Assembly: GCA_964187785.1 (NCBI GenBank)
Contig: OZ076409.1
Coordinates: 87,298,001-87,362,000, forward strand
DNA: 64,000 nt
Reading direction: 5' to 3'
Source of the DNA: Amphiscolops sp. MND2022
Taxonomy: Eukaryota
Shown in pieces: positions 1-12,815 of the stretch. Each line of letters opens with the position of its first letter. Position 1 is the first letter of the stretch. The translations under genes were made by a program, and so were the position numbers. The notes beneath the pieces were generated by a model. That model was not told where the DNA came from and did not search any database. It worked only from the letters and a program-made list of their open reading frames with translations.

Positions 1-112
1 TTTTCAAAACCAAATTGCACTAGAGCTCTGAAAAGCTGATACAACTTTCAAAAGGACAACAAAATGTCAAGAGGCTTTCAAAATACTGAAGCAAGAACGA
101 GCATTTAAGCGC

Positions 113-895
113 TTGGTCCAGCTTTATCGATTAAAGAAGGTGGTTTTTATGACAACCAATGCATCAGAAATTGTCATCGGTGGCGAATTGTCGCAAGAAG
201 GTTATACGGTGACTTACGTGTCACGGAGGTTGTCGGCAGCTGAATCGCGTGATTCCAATATTGAAAGAGAAACATTGGTTAAAGTATATGTCATCAGTCG
301 TCCAGGACACTTCTTGCAGGTACAAAATTTCAAACTACTATTTGACCATAAGCTGCTGGTGTTCTTTTTCCCATCGAGCAAAGAGTTTCCCAAGGCAGCC
401 TTAGCAAGAACTTTCAGGTGGGCTATCTCCTCGATAGATTTCGATTTTGATGTCGTTTGCCAAGAAAGCCGGAAAAATCCGCACACCGTTTCCATCAGCC
501 TCCTCCAAGTTGAAAATAAAGAAGACGATGAGCTTGAAGCCACGATTGTGTACAATGAAGTGAACTCTGCAGCCTGCAAATCAAAATCTCTAGACGAACT
601 CAAAATGGAAAATTTAGTGTATCACTCCCTGATTCAGACAGCGATAAAGCGCATCATTAGCATCAAACGATCGGACTGTTGCCAACAAGAACTGACATTC
701 AAAAAACTGGCACATTTTGAAAATGTCGAGAATGACATATTGTATAGCGGTACTCAAGGGCATTTATATGCATTTATACCTCCAGGACGACTACGACGGA
801 GCGTTATCGAAGGAGTTGAAATAAATGCAACGAGCAAGACGATGAAGCTCACATCTTGTTTTTCGCCATTGAGCCGGATTTTGAGAGCTACGTGA
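113..895 (+). CDS. Hypothetical 260-aa ORF (possibly an exon or TE-derived), no recognisable domain
   Basis: Long open frame in the ORF track; no motif recognised. Confidence 0.3.
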   Translation: MVQLYRLKKVVFMTTNASEIVIGGELSQEGYTVTYVSRRLSAAESRDSNIERETLVKVYVISRPGHFLQVQNFKLLFDHKLLVFFFPSSKEFPKAALARTFRWAISSIDFDFDVVCQESRKNPHTVSISLLQVENKEDDELEATIVYNEVNSAACKSKSLDELKMENLVYHSLIQTAIKRIISIKRSDCCQQELTFKKLAHFENVENDILYSGTQGHLYAFIPPGRLRRSVIEGVEINATSKTMKLTSCFSPLSRILRAT

Positions 896-899
896 AAAG

Positions 900-3800
900 C
901 TGCGTCAAATATAACGAACTCCGACCTCGTGTAGACGAATCCATCGAAAATGGCACAAAGTTGAACAGTAGGAATGACTACGCATAGACTGGGCCCATAT
1001 ACAGCAAGTTGACAATGTTCTCATAATAGTTGATGCCGAATCTGTATGGATCGAAGCATTCATCTGCGGTGATCGCCCAACTGAAGAATTTTTTTGAGCG
1101 TATTTTGTCGTTGTTTGTTCGATTGGGATATCATACTCATTGGTTTTTGATAACGCCCAAGATATCACCAATTGCAAAATCACACACTGGCTAAAAATGA
1201 TCTACAAGGCATTGCAGAAAGAGCTGTATAAACAACGACGAAGGCCATCAATGTTTCGGAACTTGATTTGAGGGTCAGCGTCCACTAATTTTTACAACGG
1301 CGGATTCTTCTCACCTACAGAAACACGACCAACGCACATGGGGATTTGATCTTCGAAAAATTCTTAGAGTAACCAGCTGTTGTAGACTTTGAAATTGTTT
1401 CGCCGATGTTACACAGGGCAACTGTTGAAAAGCTTGTTATGAATTGATTTGGGTAAGGTATGTGTTGGCAAATTTGCAGATTGTAACAGTTACGTGTCTC
1501 GAATAAACTTGGCAGCTGAGGCGGAATACTGACAGGTCGATGTTTGTTAACACTTTCGTGATCGTCCGAATTTTAAATTGGTGTTACGGATGAACATGTT
1601 TTAGAGATTTGGTCAGTCTTTGGTTTGGATGATCATTACAATTAGTTCAGTGACTAACGGTGCTAATAAATTTGTGCAGTCATTGAGGAGAAAGGTTGGT
1701 GTTAGGTATGCATCCATGTGGGTCCTTTGCAACAAATCAGAAACATATTTGTTGAGTTTGAAATTGCTTATAAAAATTTCGGGGTTTTTCGGATCAGGCA
1801 ATAATGTAGGAGGACTCGTTTCATTCTTCGTTTGATACTTGGGGGAGGATTCTTCCCATCGTGACTGGCATGAGTTGAGTGAGTAGTAGTACTGCTTTGT
1901 CGTTTTTTTCGTTTCCTCTTGATTGCATACTTCGAGTGTGTGTCTATGGCATGTCCGCTCTACATGATGACCTTCATGATACAAGATCATTGACGATGTT
2001 CTCTTTGATCTCAGAAGGTAATAAAAAATCACATCCGAAACTTTTGCCTGTTCTATCTGATAATTGCGCCATTAACTAAAGTCGATGGGGCTATAAAGTT
2101 GGTACTGGTTGAGGCTAGGTATTTTTCCCCAGCAGTCGGCAGAGTCTATTTTCATTTTTTGTCAGAATTTGTTATAGGAAGCCTATCTGACAGGAATAGT
2201 TTCATATACCTGAACTACTGACTGGTTGATGATTATTATAACACTGATATTAGAAGGATTTTGGTTAAATATTTAACTACAATTCTGTTAGGTGGCATGT
2301 CAACTAAAAAATTTTCATTAGCGAACTGAGCACCGGATGTCCAGAGTGGAATAAAAAAAGGCTGAACGAAAATACGACTGCTGGCTCTGGATGGCAAACA
2401 GGATCACGACCAGAAGCTTGTTGAGATTTTCAAAAATTTAAAAAATCTAAAAAACGCGAAGTAGTTGAGGACCTTATAAAATTAGACTTGGTAAAAACCT
2501 TGCATTGTGTCTGGCAAACCGGACTCCATTTAAAGCTGTGGAAATGTGGTCTATAAGGAGGTTTAAATTTATCAATAAACATGATCTACGTAAGTTACAT
2601 GCATAAGTTGCACAGAGTTAAAAATTGAGTGTGTCTAATAAATATATCTTTGAACTTATCAATCTATTTAAATGAACAGACTGCATATTTGATTAGCTGT
2701 GTAAGGGCAATAGGCAAAACTTCCCAATGCCACGTTTGAGCCTCTTTAAGAAAACAGCTGTGAAAGGGGTTTCCGAGGGGTCAACTCAAAGACTATTAGA
2801 AAATTTTGATTGCGAACGTTTAGCAGAAACAATCGACAGATGAGAATGCCCAAAAATGCTTCAGCTTTACTGACAAGGGTACAGCAACCAATAATTTGCT
2901 GGATGCTCATAGATGGATGCTCAAATACCGGAGCTGTAGTGTCACCCCGTCAGTCTAGATGGATGCTCAAATACCGGAGCTGTAGTGTCACCCCGTCAGA
3001 ACGCGGATTGGAAGGATAGGTTCGAATCATTTCTGTCAGAAATCTTTACTCAGGTGTCTAGATAGTTTAGTGGTTTGCTATAGGGGACAAGCGACAGTTT
3101 GTGAAGAGAGACCGTTATGTCCTTCTCAAGCAACATTTTCGTAAAACAATATCGGCACAACGAACGTAGTCAACGTTTTCCAAGATGCACATTGGGACAT
3201 GTTCGTTTCCAATAAGAAGCAAGCACTCAATCTTTTCGTGGTCTTTTCTTAACGTTGTCAGTCCAAATTAGGTCGTTATTTAAATTATTCCTCCTTGGCA
3301 GAACTTTCAAACTCATATTTTTGTTTGAGACAACATACCAGCTAATTTTGACGCAGTGGCTGTCTTCGCTTCTGAGAGTCAGATCGTTCGTGGCCTTTTT
3401 TAAAGTCAATTCCTTTTCGTTTTTGTTTGTGAGCACCAGACAAGTGTAGTGTTCAACTCGGTTCGTGTTAATGTGGAATCAGATAACAGTAGTTTTTAGT
3501 CGGTGCTCTATCCAAAGCAGGGATTTTTTTCAGACAATGTTAGGTAGTTTATGAAAGTTGTGATTATTAGAATACCGACAAGCGACACTCGAGAAAACCA
3601 CTGGTCACATTTAGCCAACCAGATACGCAGTGGGCCTATTCGTACGCGCCCAGTTTTTTCTGGTCCTATTCAATTGATTGTCGCTTAACTCAGGGAAAAC
3701 TGAGGGTTTCTGAAAACCAGAATTACCGTGAATGCACCAAGTGATCCAAGTTACTGAACCTATCAAGTGAGATTGTTTTTTTTTCTGTTTCATTCTAGAG

Positions 3801-4965
3801 TAAGTTCGACAGTTAGTAACGTCCAAAATCAATCGCAATCATTGGATCTGTTTTTGAGGGAGCAGTCGGGTAGTAATGTCCTATTTGTCGAGAAGAGCTT
3901 GTTGTCTGAGAGATGAGATTGCCGAAATGCTTTCTCAGGTCGAGGTCTATAACTTTGTTAGATATCAGCTCTATTGTAATACAATGCACAGAGTTTGGCT
4001 GGTTTTAGATTGTACCGATGAACTGTTGGAGATTTTATTAAGTCTGTTTATCCAGAACTGTTTGCTTGTTAGGTTCAGTGGAAACCATGGTCGGCAAGTT
4101 TATACCACAAGTAATCAGGATTGGATAGTTGTCGTGTTGTGGCGAGATGTTCTTCAAACGTGTCAGTAAATCGCAGAAGGTTTTAGTTGGAATAAGATAG
4201 TTGCTGTCCAATGGAGCACCGTAGAAGCAGCAAATAGTGAACCGTTGCTTGGCAACAATCAGAACTGAGACAGAAATCGCAATGCTCGAGTTTGATTTCT
4301 CTGCGCAGGTTAAGTGCTAACTCCACCAGTTTTCGTATTCATTGTGCCCGGATGTCTTTGTTTACGAAGTCTGACACTTTTTGAAAGGTGTAGTGCTTAG
4401 TCTCGTAGAGTTTCGTTGGTTATTCAAGTCTCTGTTGTCGGAGTAAGTTTCACTCATCATGTTACTGAAGTTCAAGCGTCTGCTCAACTGCAAACAGCTT
4501 CTTCCGTCGAAAAGTGAAAGTCTCAAAACTGAATTGTGTAGTCACGTGTTTTCTTCGACTGATTGTTCTAGTTTCTCAAGTCGCTTCTACTTTCTTCCAG
4601 TTGCCTCTGATTAACTGGTGAAAATTTGAAGAGAGGTACTTTTTGGTCCATTCTATCAGTAATCCTTTTCAGTCTCTTTATCAGGAGTTCGTTTTCAAAT
4701 GCCAGTTCAGTTCGTTTCTTGACAGTTCTCTGATTGTGTACAGTTTTGGAATTCAGCCAATGTGGTGAGTCGAAAACATTTCTCCTTTCACGCAGGTCAT
4801 GATGGAGACACTTTCGATGAGCAACGTTTTTTTTAAAAAAAAACATTTCAGAAACCCTAGGATTCGAAGACATCTGGCAGATACCGGCGGAGTAGTTGGA
4901 GTAGTTGCCTGGTGGGCTGGTGCTGGTATTCGGAGGGATGGAAAGTCAAAAAGGTTGTTCATCAT
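900..4965 (-). mobile_element. Degraded non-LTR (LINE) retrotransposon remnant (ORF1-like, APE-like and RT fragments)
   Basis: Minus-strand fragments LLNDCTNLLAPLVTELI and (N)KHRPVSIPPQLPSLFE (~1500-1690) resemble the LINE RT N-terminal NYRPIS motif; weak APE-like text at ~3610-3840; coiled-coil ORF1-like piece at 4568-4873; many stops and frameshifts; boundaries approximate. Confidence 0.55.
2910..2999. repeat. 46-bp tandem duplication
   Basis: tagatggatgctcaaataccggagctgtagtgtcaccccgtcag occurs at 2910 and 2956. Confidence 0.9.
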
Positions 4966-7900
4966 TTCGGCAAGTTTACACGGCGTTTCTGATTAATTCA
5001 TCTTGTCGATTGCTTGCGACAAAAGTGTGCCTACAAGAATTTGAATATTCCCATGTCATTTAATTCCATTGATTACAGCCGACGCCAAGCATGTACAGAG
5101 AGTATTCAAGCGTTGGTAGCAGTGACTTGAAAAGTATATGAAGCTTTATCAGTGTCCCTTCTGACTGTTGAAAACAATTTTTCAAAAAGTTTTTAAATTT
5201 TGTGCCAATCTTGTTTTCGGCTTCTCCTGGTAAACGCAACTCTCTGTCATATTGCTTGAGATAGAGACATCAGCAATAGAAGAGTAGAGAAAAAAGCACC
5301 TGTTATACGGTTTATCCGTTCTCTTTGACCTTTACCGAGCTTCGGTTCATGAACATTAATCTAAACTCAAAAAGAACTTTGATTAAACACATTGAGTTTG
5401 TGATACGTTTGTGTGGGATATAGTACGAAATTAGGAAGCTTACATTTTATACTCTTATACCTTTCTTAGCTTCATAATCTTAGAATACAACAGTACCATC
5501 CGAGCTAAAACTGCTACTGGGTTTGTTCTCAGAAGCAAGATGAAGAATAAAGTGACACCGAAGCGCATAGATACAGCTAAGGTCACTCTTTTCAGCAAAG
5601 CTTGTTCGCTGACCAGAGGTTTTGAGTTTTCTTGTTCGAACTGAATATCCCGTCTCCTGGTTTTCGAACAAATTTCTACAACATTTATCCATATTGGTGA
5701 GTCGTGTCCACCAGTGCAGTTTCTAGGTTACCACTCAGATGAACCTGTGAGCGATCGCTCAGGTCAAAGGTAATTGTTATTTTCCGACCCCAGATTTTCA
5801 ATGGGGGAGGAAAATCATGATCTGTGATGCGTTTTTTTCCAAAATCTGCCAAATTTGGCTCACCTACTCACTTGACTCGACTCACTTGACTATTTTAGTT
5901 ACTTGACTATTTTAGTTACTTGACTATTTTATGGGAATAATATCTAAAGTCAAAAAAGAATAAGAACGAAAGGGAATAAGATCTAAAATCACTCAATTTT
6001 AGATCTTATTTTCAGATCTTATTCCCCCCTCCCAAAATAGCTATGGCTCAGTTGGCGAAGGCGAAGAAGTGGGCGGAAAATATCGCGGTGCTTAGCGGGC
6101 GTCTTGTTTACGTTTCGTTTGTGAGAATGTTGTGCTTTTTATCAAGTATGAGAATGCCTGTCGCGTGCTGTATCTTGTAGTTTTGGGCCACTGAAGCGTT
6201 GGCAGGAAACAATTGGGACTAGGTCTCTGAAGGGAGTTGCTACTGCTCTTGGGATTTGTGATGGTTTTGTTGACCACGTGATGCCAGATGATGAGATCCT
6301 TTTTGGACCAGGTAGTCATCACAGGAAGGAGGAAGGAGGAACTTTGCAAAACCCAGGGTCATCTACTTCAAGTTGTCTAGTACATCAACTCTGCCTAATG
6401 TCGTTTTTAACTTACTACCAAACTTACCCTTTTCATTCTGTTCACCATAATTTACCGTTTTTATCCCACGTCCCTAATTTCAAGTGATTGCTTCTTTTCT
6501 TGTCTTGCTTGGTTTCCGAATGCCAGGCTCCTGAATCCCAGAAGTTTCAATATGGTTATTGGCACCTTACGAACGAAATACATTTAGAGCGTTCAAATTG
6601 GAGCAGCTATTCACTCATACAGGTGAGCAACTTTTTCTGAATTGTTCAACCTCGCTTTGCAGTACCTTCAACAACAGCTTGACCGAGTAGTGGTTTTTGG
6701 TGAATTTGACAATCATCTGGATACTGCCCTTATTTGTAGGAAAAAATAAAAACTCCTCATCTACGATGGATTTGTCAAACACTCGCTACGTCTAACTTCC
6801 GTGCTTATTTTTTTTCAATTCTTCTATGAAAAGAATCATTCCCCCCCCATTTTTAGTTGGCGCTCAACTATAGTCGTGGTTTTTCGTCAGTGTTTTTTTC
6901 CGATACACCTGAAGTGACCGGAATAGTTCTACCAAAAGTTCTACAAAATTTGAAGGAAGGCCCCAAATTGTACCTGTTGGCCCAGGGAATTGAACCAAAA
7001 AGGTTTTTCCTTCTTTCCGCGTAACATACAAACCGGGCGAGACTAAAGGGTCGCGAATTAGAGAGTTGATATGTAAGGTTCCTTATCTTTGTCTCTGGAA
7101 TAATTGTGTGGCACAAGAGAGCTTCCCGTCAAGCGTCTGAGTAAACGCACTGTAGGAAATGCCAATGTCATCCAAATGGCACAAGATTCTGGTTCAATAC
7201 ATGTGGATTATTCCAGGATGCCGTAATAAAGTCAAATTCTTGTCACTGAACTGGAGACGTCAAACAAGCGTCAAAATCTTAACGTCGAACTACAAAGGCA
7301 ATCCAAATGTCGAACTCGAGGAGCACAACCCTGGCATTTTTTTTGAATATTCAACTAAAAGTTTTCTAGACCACAAACATGCTTTCTGCCAAGTCCCCAC
7401 TTCCTCTACGGCCTCTGTAGTCTTGTTAAGCGATGTCGTTCTAGGAACAAAGACCTGGTGGAAACGGACATCGCGTAACCATAATAGAAGAGGTAATAGA
7501 ATCTTTGTGACGAGGTGGGTGAGAGTTCATTCATAGCATATGACCCCCATAAACCTTCCAAAAGCTTGTGATTTCTCCATTTTGGTTATGTGACACCAAA
7601 TCGACGCTAACTTAATTCGACGCTAATTCGACAACAATTCGATTACAGTTATTCGACTTAACCCGACACTAATACTTCGCGCTGTTCCCCGAAATTAAAA
7701 ATTAGACGAGTCAAAATTAGACACTATTAGCACTGGCTTTTACATCATGTTGAATGCAGTGGTTTGCCGTCAACATTAGAAGTTAGAAACGATTTTGTCT
7801 GTACACATTGTACATCAGCGTCAGAAAACATCGCGCCTAAACGGACACAAGAAGAACCACAAATCGCTCCTTGTTATGCCAAAGTTTCTGGTCATCGCAG

Positions 7901-9309
7901 CATCTGATAAAGCTGCTTAATAGTTTTGTATTACGAGGTAGCAGTTCATTGGAAGCCCTAAATTCTCATCCAACGCAAAAACAAGGAAGGACACGATTCC
8001 ATCCAAACACTGAACGTCATCATTTCAGTACCTGATGATAGAAATCAATATTCATCCTGCTGCTTGAAAACTCGGGTTTCACCAGAACCAAATACCCGGC
8101 AGATGAACTTATGGCTAAATGACCAATTCGAACTAGTCTTCAACGAAGCCATAGTCCTGAAAGAAAGTTGAAAGAAAACAATTGTTTAAAAACAAAACAT
8201 GACGGCTTCAACGTATTCGATCAACTCTTGACAGCCTGTTAAATTTCAAACGTCTTGCAAAGTCTCCATGAAACACCGAGGAGAAGAATGTTGTCTCTGT
8301 GTAATCGAACCAAAGGAAAGACTCTCTACCAGATACTCCTCAACAAATAAACAATTTCCTCAAAATGTTCATGGAATTATGCTTTCTAGAAATAGTATGA
8401 AAATACCTTGCCAAATCATAGCAGTTTACTGGACAAACTGAAAACTTCATCTCTCGAAACGTTCGATGAGAACTGGTCAATTTTACAAATTTTACCACTT
8501 CTTCCCCTCGAATTTCCAATCTACACTATCAGCTGTTGGCTAGTTCTTTCTTCATTCAACTAATTGGCCTGAAAACAGATCAAAACTTCATTTCTAACGG
8601 GATTGACGTCTGAATTCAACAATAATAGATATTAATAACGCATACAACCTGTTAATCTTCAGAAGTTAGTCCCTAAAAATGATGAAATTTAAATGTTATT
8701 CCCGTTGTGCATTTATGCGTTCTTCCAGGGACAGTACGCTGTTGAGACTGCTTGTGATTTTTTGAAACTCATCAATTCGCCGAGGAGAAATACCTTTTGT
8801 TATGATATCGGTCCATTCCATAGCTGTTTTTAGAGATTGCGTGCAAGTGCCTGCTACTCATTGGAAGCTGAGATCTCAATTCGTTCAGACTGGCTGACAT
8901 TCCTTTCGGATTTGTAATCTAATGACCCCGGAAACATGTTATCTCGACTGACTGAAGACAGGCTGGAGTTCGAGATTGGAACTACTTTTTTCATCCGATA
9001 TCAAACCTAGAAATATCACTTACTCCTCAATACTAAAATATAAAGTTTAGAAAACATTGAAACATTGAGAGCCCTGAGCAAAACCTGATTCGATTTCCCC
9101 TTGGCAAGTAAAACTATGTTTTTCCTGGAAATCTTTTTTGTTATAGTGTTGTAAAGGTTCGTTACAGACAGTGCTGAGAGAAAATTGCTAATGTTTTTTT
9201 TTCAATCGCAATTTTTGGTAATACTTTTGGATCTACTGCCAAAGAAACACTTAGGTGTCCACATATTCCATATATCAAACAAAGCGGAAAGATGACGCAC
9301 GAAAAGAAT

Positions 9310-9698
9310 TAGAGGTGCGCCGGACAGGAAAATTTTCGTCCGGCCGGACAATCGGACAGGACAAAATTGAGCCAGATACCGGCCGGACCGGACATTATCC
9401 TCAATTTTAAGCTATTGAAAGGGCTGCTTTCAGATTGGGCAATGCGGATTACGAAAAACGAAGCAGGCTTTTACCACAGAGCGTTGAAAAACTATTTTCC
9501 CTCCGCCATAGTTTAAAGAATTTTGATTCACAGTCACAAATTCAATTTTTCTAAAGTAGATGTTCCAATTTTTTAGGATTTTTATTTTAAGATAATATCC
9601 GGCCGGACATTGTTAAAAGTCCGGCCGGATACCGGACTGGACATTTGTCTGAAATCCGGCCGGATACCGGACCGGACTTAATGTCCGGTACACCTCTA
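9310..9698. mobile_element. MITE, probably hAT-derived
   Basis: TIRs tagaggtgcgccggaca / tgtccggtacacctcta; many internal ccggac/ccggccgg subterminal repeats; degenerate 8-bp flanks aaaagaat / aatagaaa. Confidence 0.7.
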
Positions 9699-9750
9699 AA
9701 TAGAAACATGTCAACCAGTTACGCTTCGACGTTTACATTTATTACAAGTA

Positions 9751-9895
9751 AGTAGTTGGTTATTATATGCTAATAACAAATCGATGGGGGGGTTAGACAA
9801 AAAGAACTCCATTTCTACCAAAGACTTTGAGTCCCTCCCGGGACCCGAACTTCGCCGGTTGAAATGATGGCCGAGTACACTAACCACTCGGCCAT
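9751..9895 (+). repeat. Polinton left terminal inverted repeat
   Basis: Reverse complement matches ~54253-54407, near-identical over ggttagacaaaaagaactccatttctaccaaagact..gagtccctcccggga. Confidence 0.93.
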
Positions 9896-9900
9896 CGGGA
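9828..9900 (-). ncRNA. tRNA-like Pol III unit in left TIR (outward-facing)
   Basis: Minus strand TCCCGA-TGGCCGAGTGG (A box)...AGTTCGGGTCC (B box-like)-CGGGAGGGA, with T5 at 9799-9803; cloverleaf imperfect. Confidence 0.55.
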
Positions 9901-10878
9901 GGCGAAATACTGTAATATCAGCTCGCTTATATAGCGATACAGAGTATATCCTCGCGCTGGCTACGCGGTACGCGTTAATTTATATTTACACTTTCTACAT
10001 ATCTGCGTCTAAAGATTTCTACATATCCACGTCTTTACATCCATTTATAGTATGGAATCAAAAAGTTCGACGTTTCGCTGACCTTTTTACCTGGAGAAAG
10101 TTTTTCATTTTTCACAAAGGCTGTAGCTATTGTTTCAATTTCTTCTAAATTATGATTGTTCATCGAAGGTAGTAAAATATTTATCTTCAGGTGATATTTT
10201 ATTCTTTACCTTATTGTTGGCTTTGATTAATCTGACAAAAGAAGCGGCCTTAGACCAATTTAATCAATACATCTGAACAATACATCCTCACTAATAATGA
10301 TAAATTTCTTCTTTCTTTCACACTGCCCTCTGCAAGTTGTATTTTGCGCTCGACGGCTGATTGTTACAGAATTCCCCACAAAGGTGGTTACAGAATTCCC
10401 CACGAAGGTTGGTCTAAATTCACGAAAAAACATTTCAATAAATCGTATACTATCGATATTTTACTTTTTGGCTCCCCAATTTGGTAGGCAATCTGCTTTC
10501 GCTACTTTTGATGTAAACCATGAAGAATTTTAACGAACACTTGCCAATTTGAAAAACCTTTGAAATACAGTACACATAGATGGAAAACCATTGAAAATTT
10601 GAAAAAAAAAAACAGAAAACTTTCCTAGCATTTTTGCCCCACACGTTTTTTTGAGAAATAATACCTACACATGACAACAATTCAGGCAGTAACAATTTTA
10701 TCCTTTCCCATTTTGGTTTTCGAGCAAGGACTGATGATAATACATGGTTGATAAGTGTCGTCTGGTAGCAATTTCTTTTATATGAACGTTAAAACATTTT
10801 AACTACTGTCAAAAAAGTTGGAATTTTCCTTCGCCTGGTGTCCATTTCCATATCACCTTTTTCTTCAGGAAAAGTGAA

Positions 10879-11175
10879 TTGAACATGGACTACGGGTGCA
10901 TAAAAAGATTTGTCTGGGAGATGGATGACGACGTTTTTAGCCTGAAAATGAAGCGCAGTGAGGCAAAAGTTCCAAAAAACGAAAACAATGTAATGCGCTT
11001 CGAAGTTTTCAAAGTGATTCCAATCTTCGAAAAGGGACGACTAGGAAATCGAAGACGATACCGTGTATATGTGGGTTATGGGATGGCGAAGGAAAATTCG
11101 GTCTTGCAGTATGTCGTGCCAAAAGGGAGGCAGAAGCTACTGAAGCTGCAAAAGAAGCAGCTTGCCAATCTCTGA
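10879..11175 (+). CDS. Polinton hypothetical protein
   Basis: 98-aa ORF inside the element; no motif recognised. Confidence 0.3.
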   Translation: MNMDYGCIKRFVWEMDDDVFSLKMKRSEAKVPKNENNVMRFEVFKVIPIFEKGRLGNRRRYRVYVGYGMAKENSVLQYVVPKGRQKLLKLQKKQLANL

Positions 11176-11905
11176 TAAAAACCCCTAAGGGCGAGTCTGT
11201 TAGTAGTCTCGACAGAAAACGAACAGGACGCTATGGTACCACCATAGTTGACCTCACCCCTGTTGAGAAAGGAGGTATATTTGGCACCGAAAAACTGCCG
11301 TTTGCAAAGAAACTTCTGCTTCTTGCTGGTATAAAAAATTGCAGTTTTTCTTGTAACGATGAAAAGTTGATTGGAAATATGTCAAGCCTTCTTTGACGCA
11401 TTGAAAAATTAAATTTTCAAACTTGATTTGTTTTTGTTTTTTGAGTTATTAGTTTTGAGCTGAGAACAAACAAGCATAATAAACTAAGGGACGGGGATTA
11501 TGGTGGGGATCAAAATGTGTCCCCGATTTCGGTGTTTTCGAGCGTTTGTGGGGGGAATACGAACGGTTTTTTTGGGAGTCGGGAACGTGTACAAAGGATG
11601 ACCAACGCGAAGTTCTCAAGTTTTGAATTGATTTGTTTGACTCAAAAGGAAAAATTATTCGATCTTTGAATCAAAATACCAATGTTATCTAGCACGTTGG
11701 TCACCTGACAAGCACTGAAACACGGAGACAAGCAAAGAGATATATGTAGACTTGCATACAGACACACACATACACACAAGCATACCACGAGGTATAGGTA
11801 GAGTTAGTCATATATGTTCCGTTTCAATATGTTTTACCCATCAGTCTTCTACATTGATTTCGTTTTTTTTTGCTTTCATTTTTGCCAATGTTACGGCTAT
11901 GAGTC

Positions 11906-12363
11906 CTCCCATAAACTAGGGTCAATTAGGGAGCGAACAAGCCCTTTCCCGCGGCCCGTACTGCAAACGGGTCACAAGGGGATACTTTTTGCGACGATGA
12001 GTTGATACAAGAAACAAGATATAACAGAATACAATCAAAATTTTCAACTTGTTTTCCTGAATGATCAGTGAGGGTTCCATCCACGGTTGATTCAATCAGT
12101 AGCAGCTCTTTGAACCTAAGTAAAGGTCGATTGAATGTTGTTTTTGAAATTTCAATTTTTGCCAATCTCGTGAAACGAGTTTGTTCCATTATGGGGCCGT
12201 CATTTTTTGGCATTAAAGAAAGACTTAACCTAGGGTAATAAATCAAGTACTCCCATAAACTAGGGACAATTAGGGAGCGAACTAGCCATTTCCCGCGGAC
12301 CGTACTGCAAACGGGTCACAAGGGGATACTTTTTGCGACGATGGATGGGTTGATACAAGAAAC
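11906..12363. repeat. ~110-bp direct repeat pair (11906-12015 and 12250-12363)
   Basis: ctcccataaactaggg.caattagggagcgaac.agcc.tttcccgcgg.ccgtactgcaaacgggtcacaaggggatactttttgcgacgatg occurs twice. Confidence 0.9.
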
Positions 12364-12815
12364 GAAATATAAGACTTTTGCCACACTCATGCAATTGAGT
12401 TTTCTCTATACGGGACCGCATTTAGGCCTGCGGGGCGGCATTAAATCCAAATATTTTGCTTTAAAAATCATCTATCGATTAGTTATTCAACTGAAAGCTG
12501 GTACTCTGCTGCTTTTGAGGAGTCTTCTATGCTATTAGTTATCGCCTCGGCCATTAAAATGAGAGCAAAACAACACTGAAATTACCAAGTTACTAAAGCG
12601 CTCAAAACTACTTGAAAGTCTATTCAACAACTACTTCAGAACTATACAAAGCCGAGCAAAATCAATACAACACGCATACACCTCAGTAAAATCCCCCAAT
12701 AAAACCAAGCACACAGTCCTATTTTCTCTTGTTTCGCTTACAATTTCCAGCCTTCTCTTTTTTGCTCTTTTGGTCCGGTTCACAAATTCATCGTCGCTGA
12801 ACATGTTGTCAAAGT

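Noticed and set aside
5862..6030. Short tandem (ttacttgactattttag) and palindromic (gggaataagatct) repeats
   Set aside because: Probably the end of a common small repeat or MITE; no boundaries or TSD definable
7590..9060. Possible decayed transposase
   Set aside because: Coding-like composition but no ORF or motif I can support
9828..9900. Functional tRNA gene
   Set aside because: D and anticodon stems do not form a canonical cloverleaf; kept only as tRNA-like
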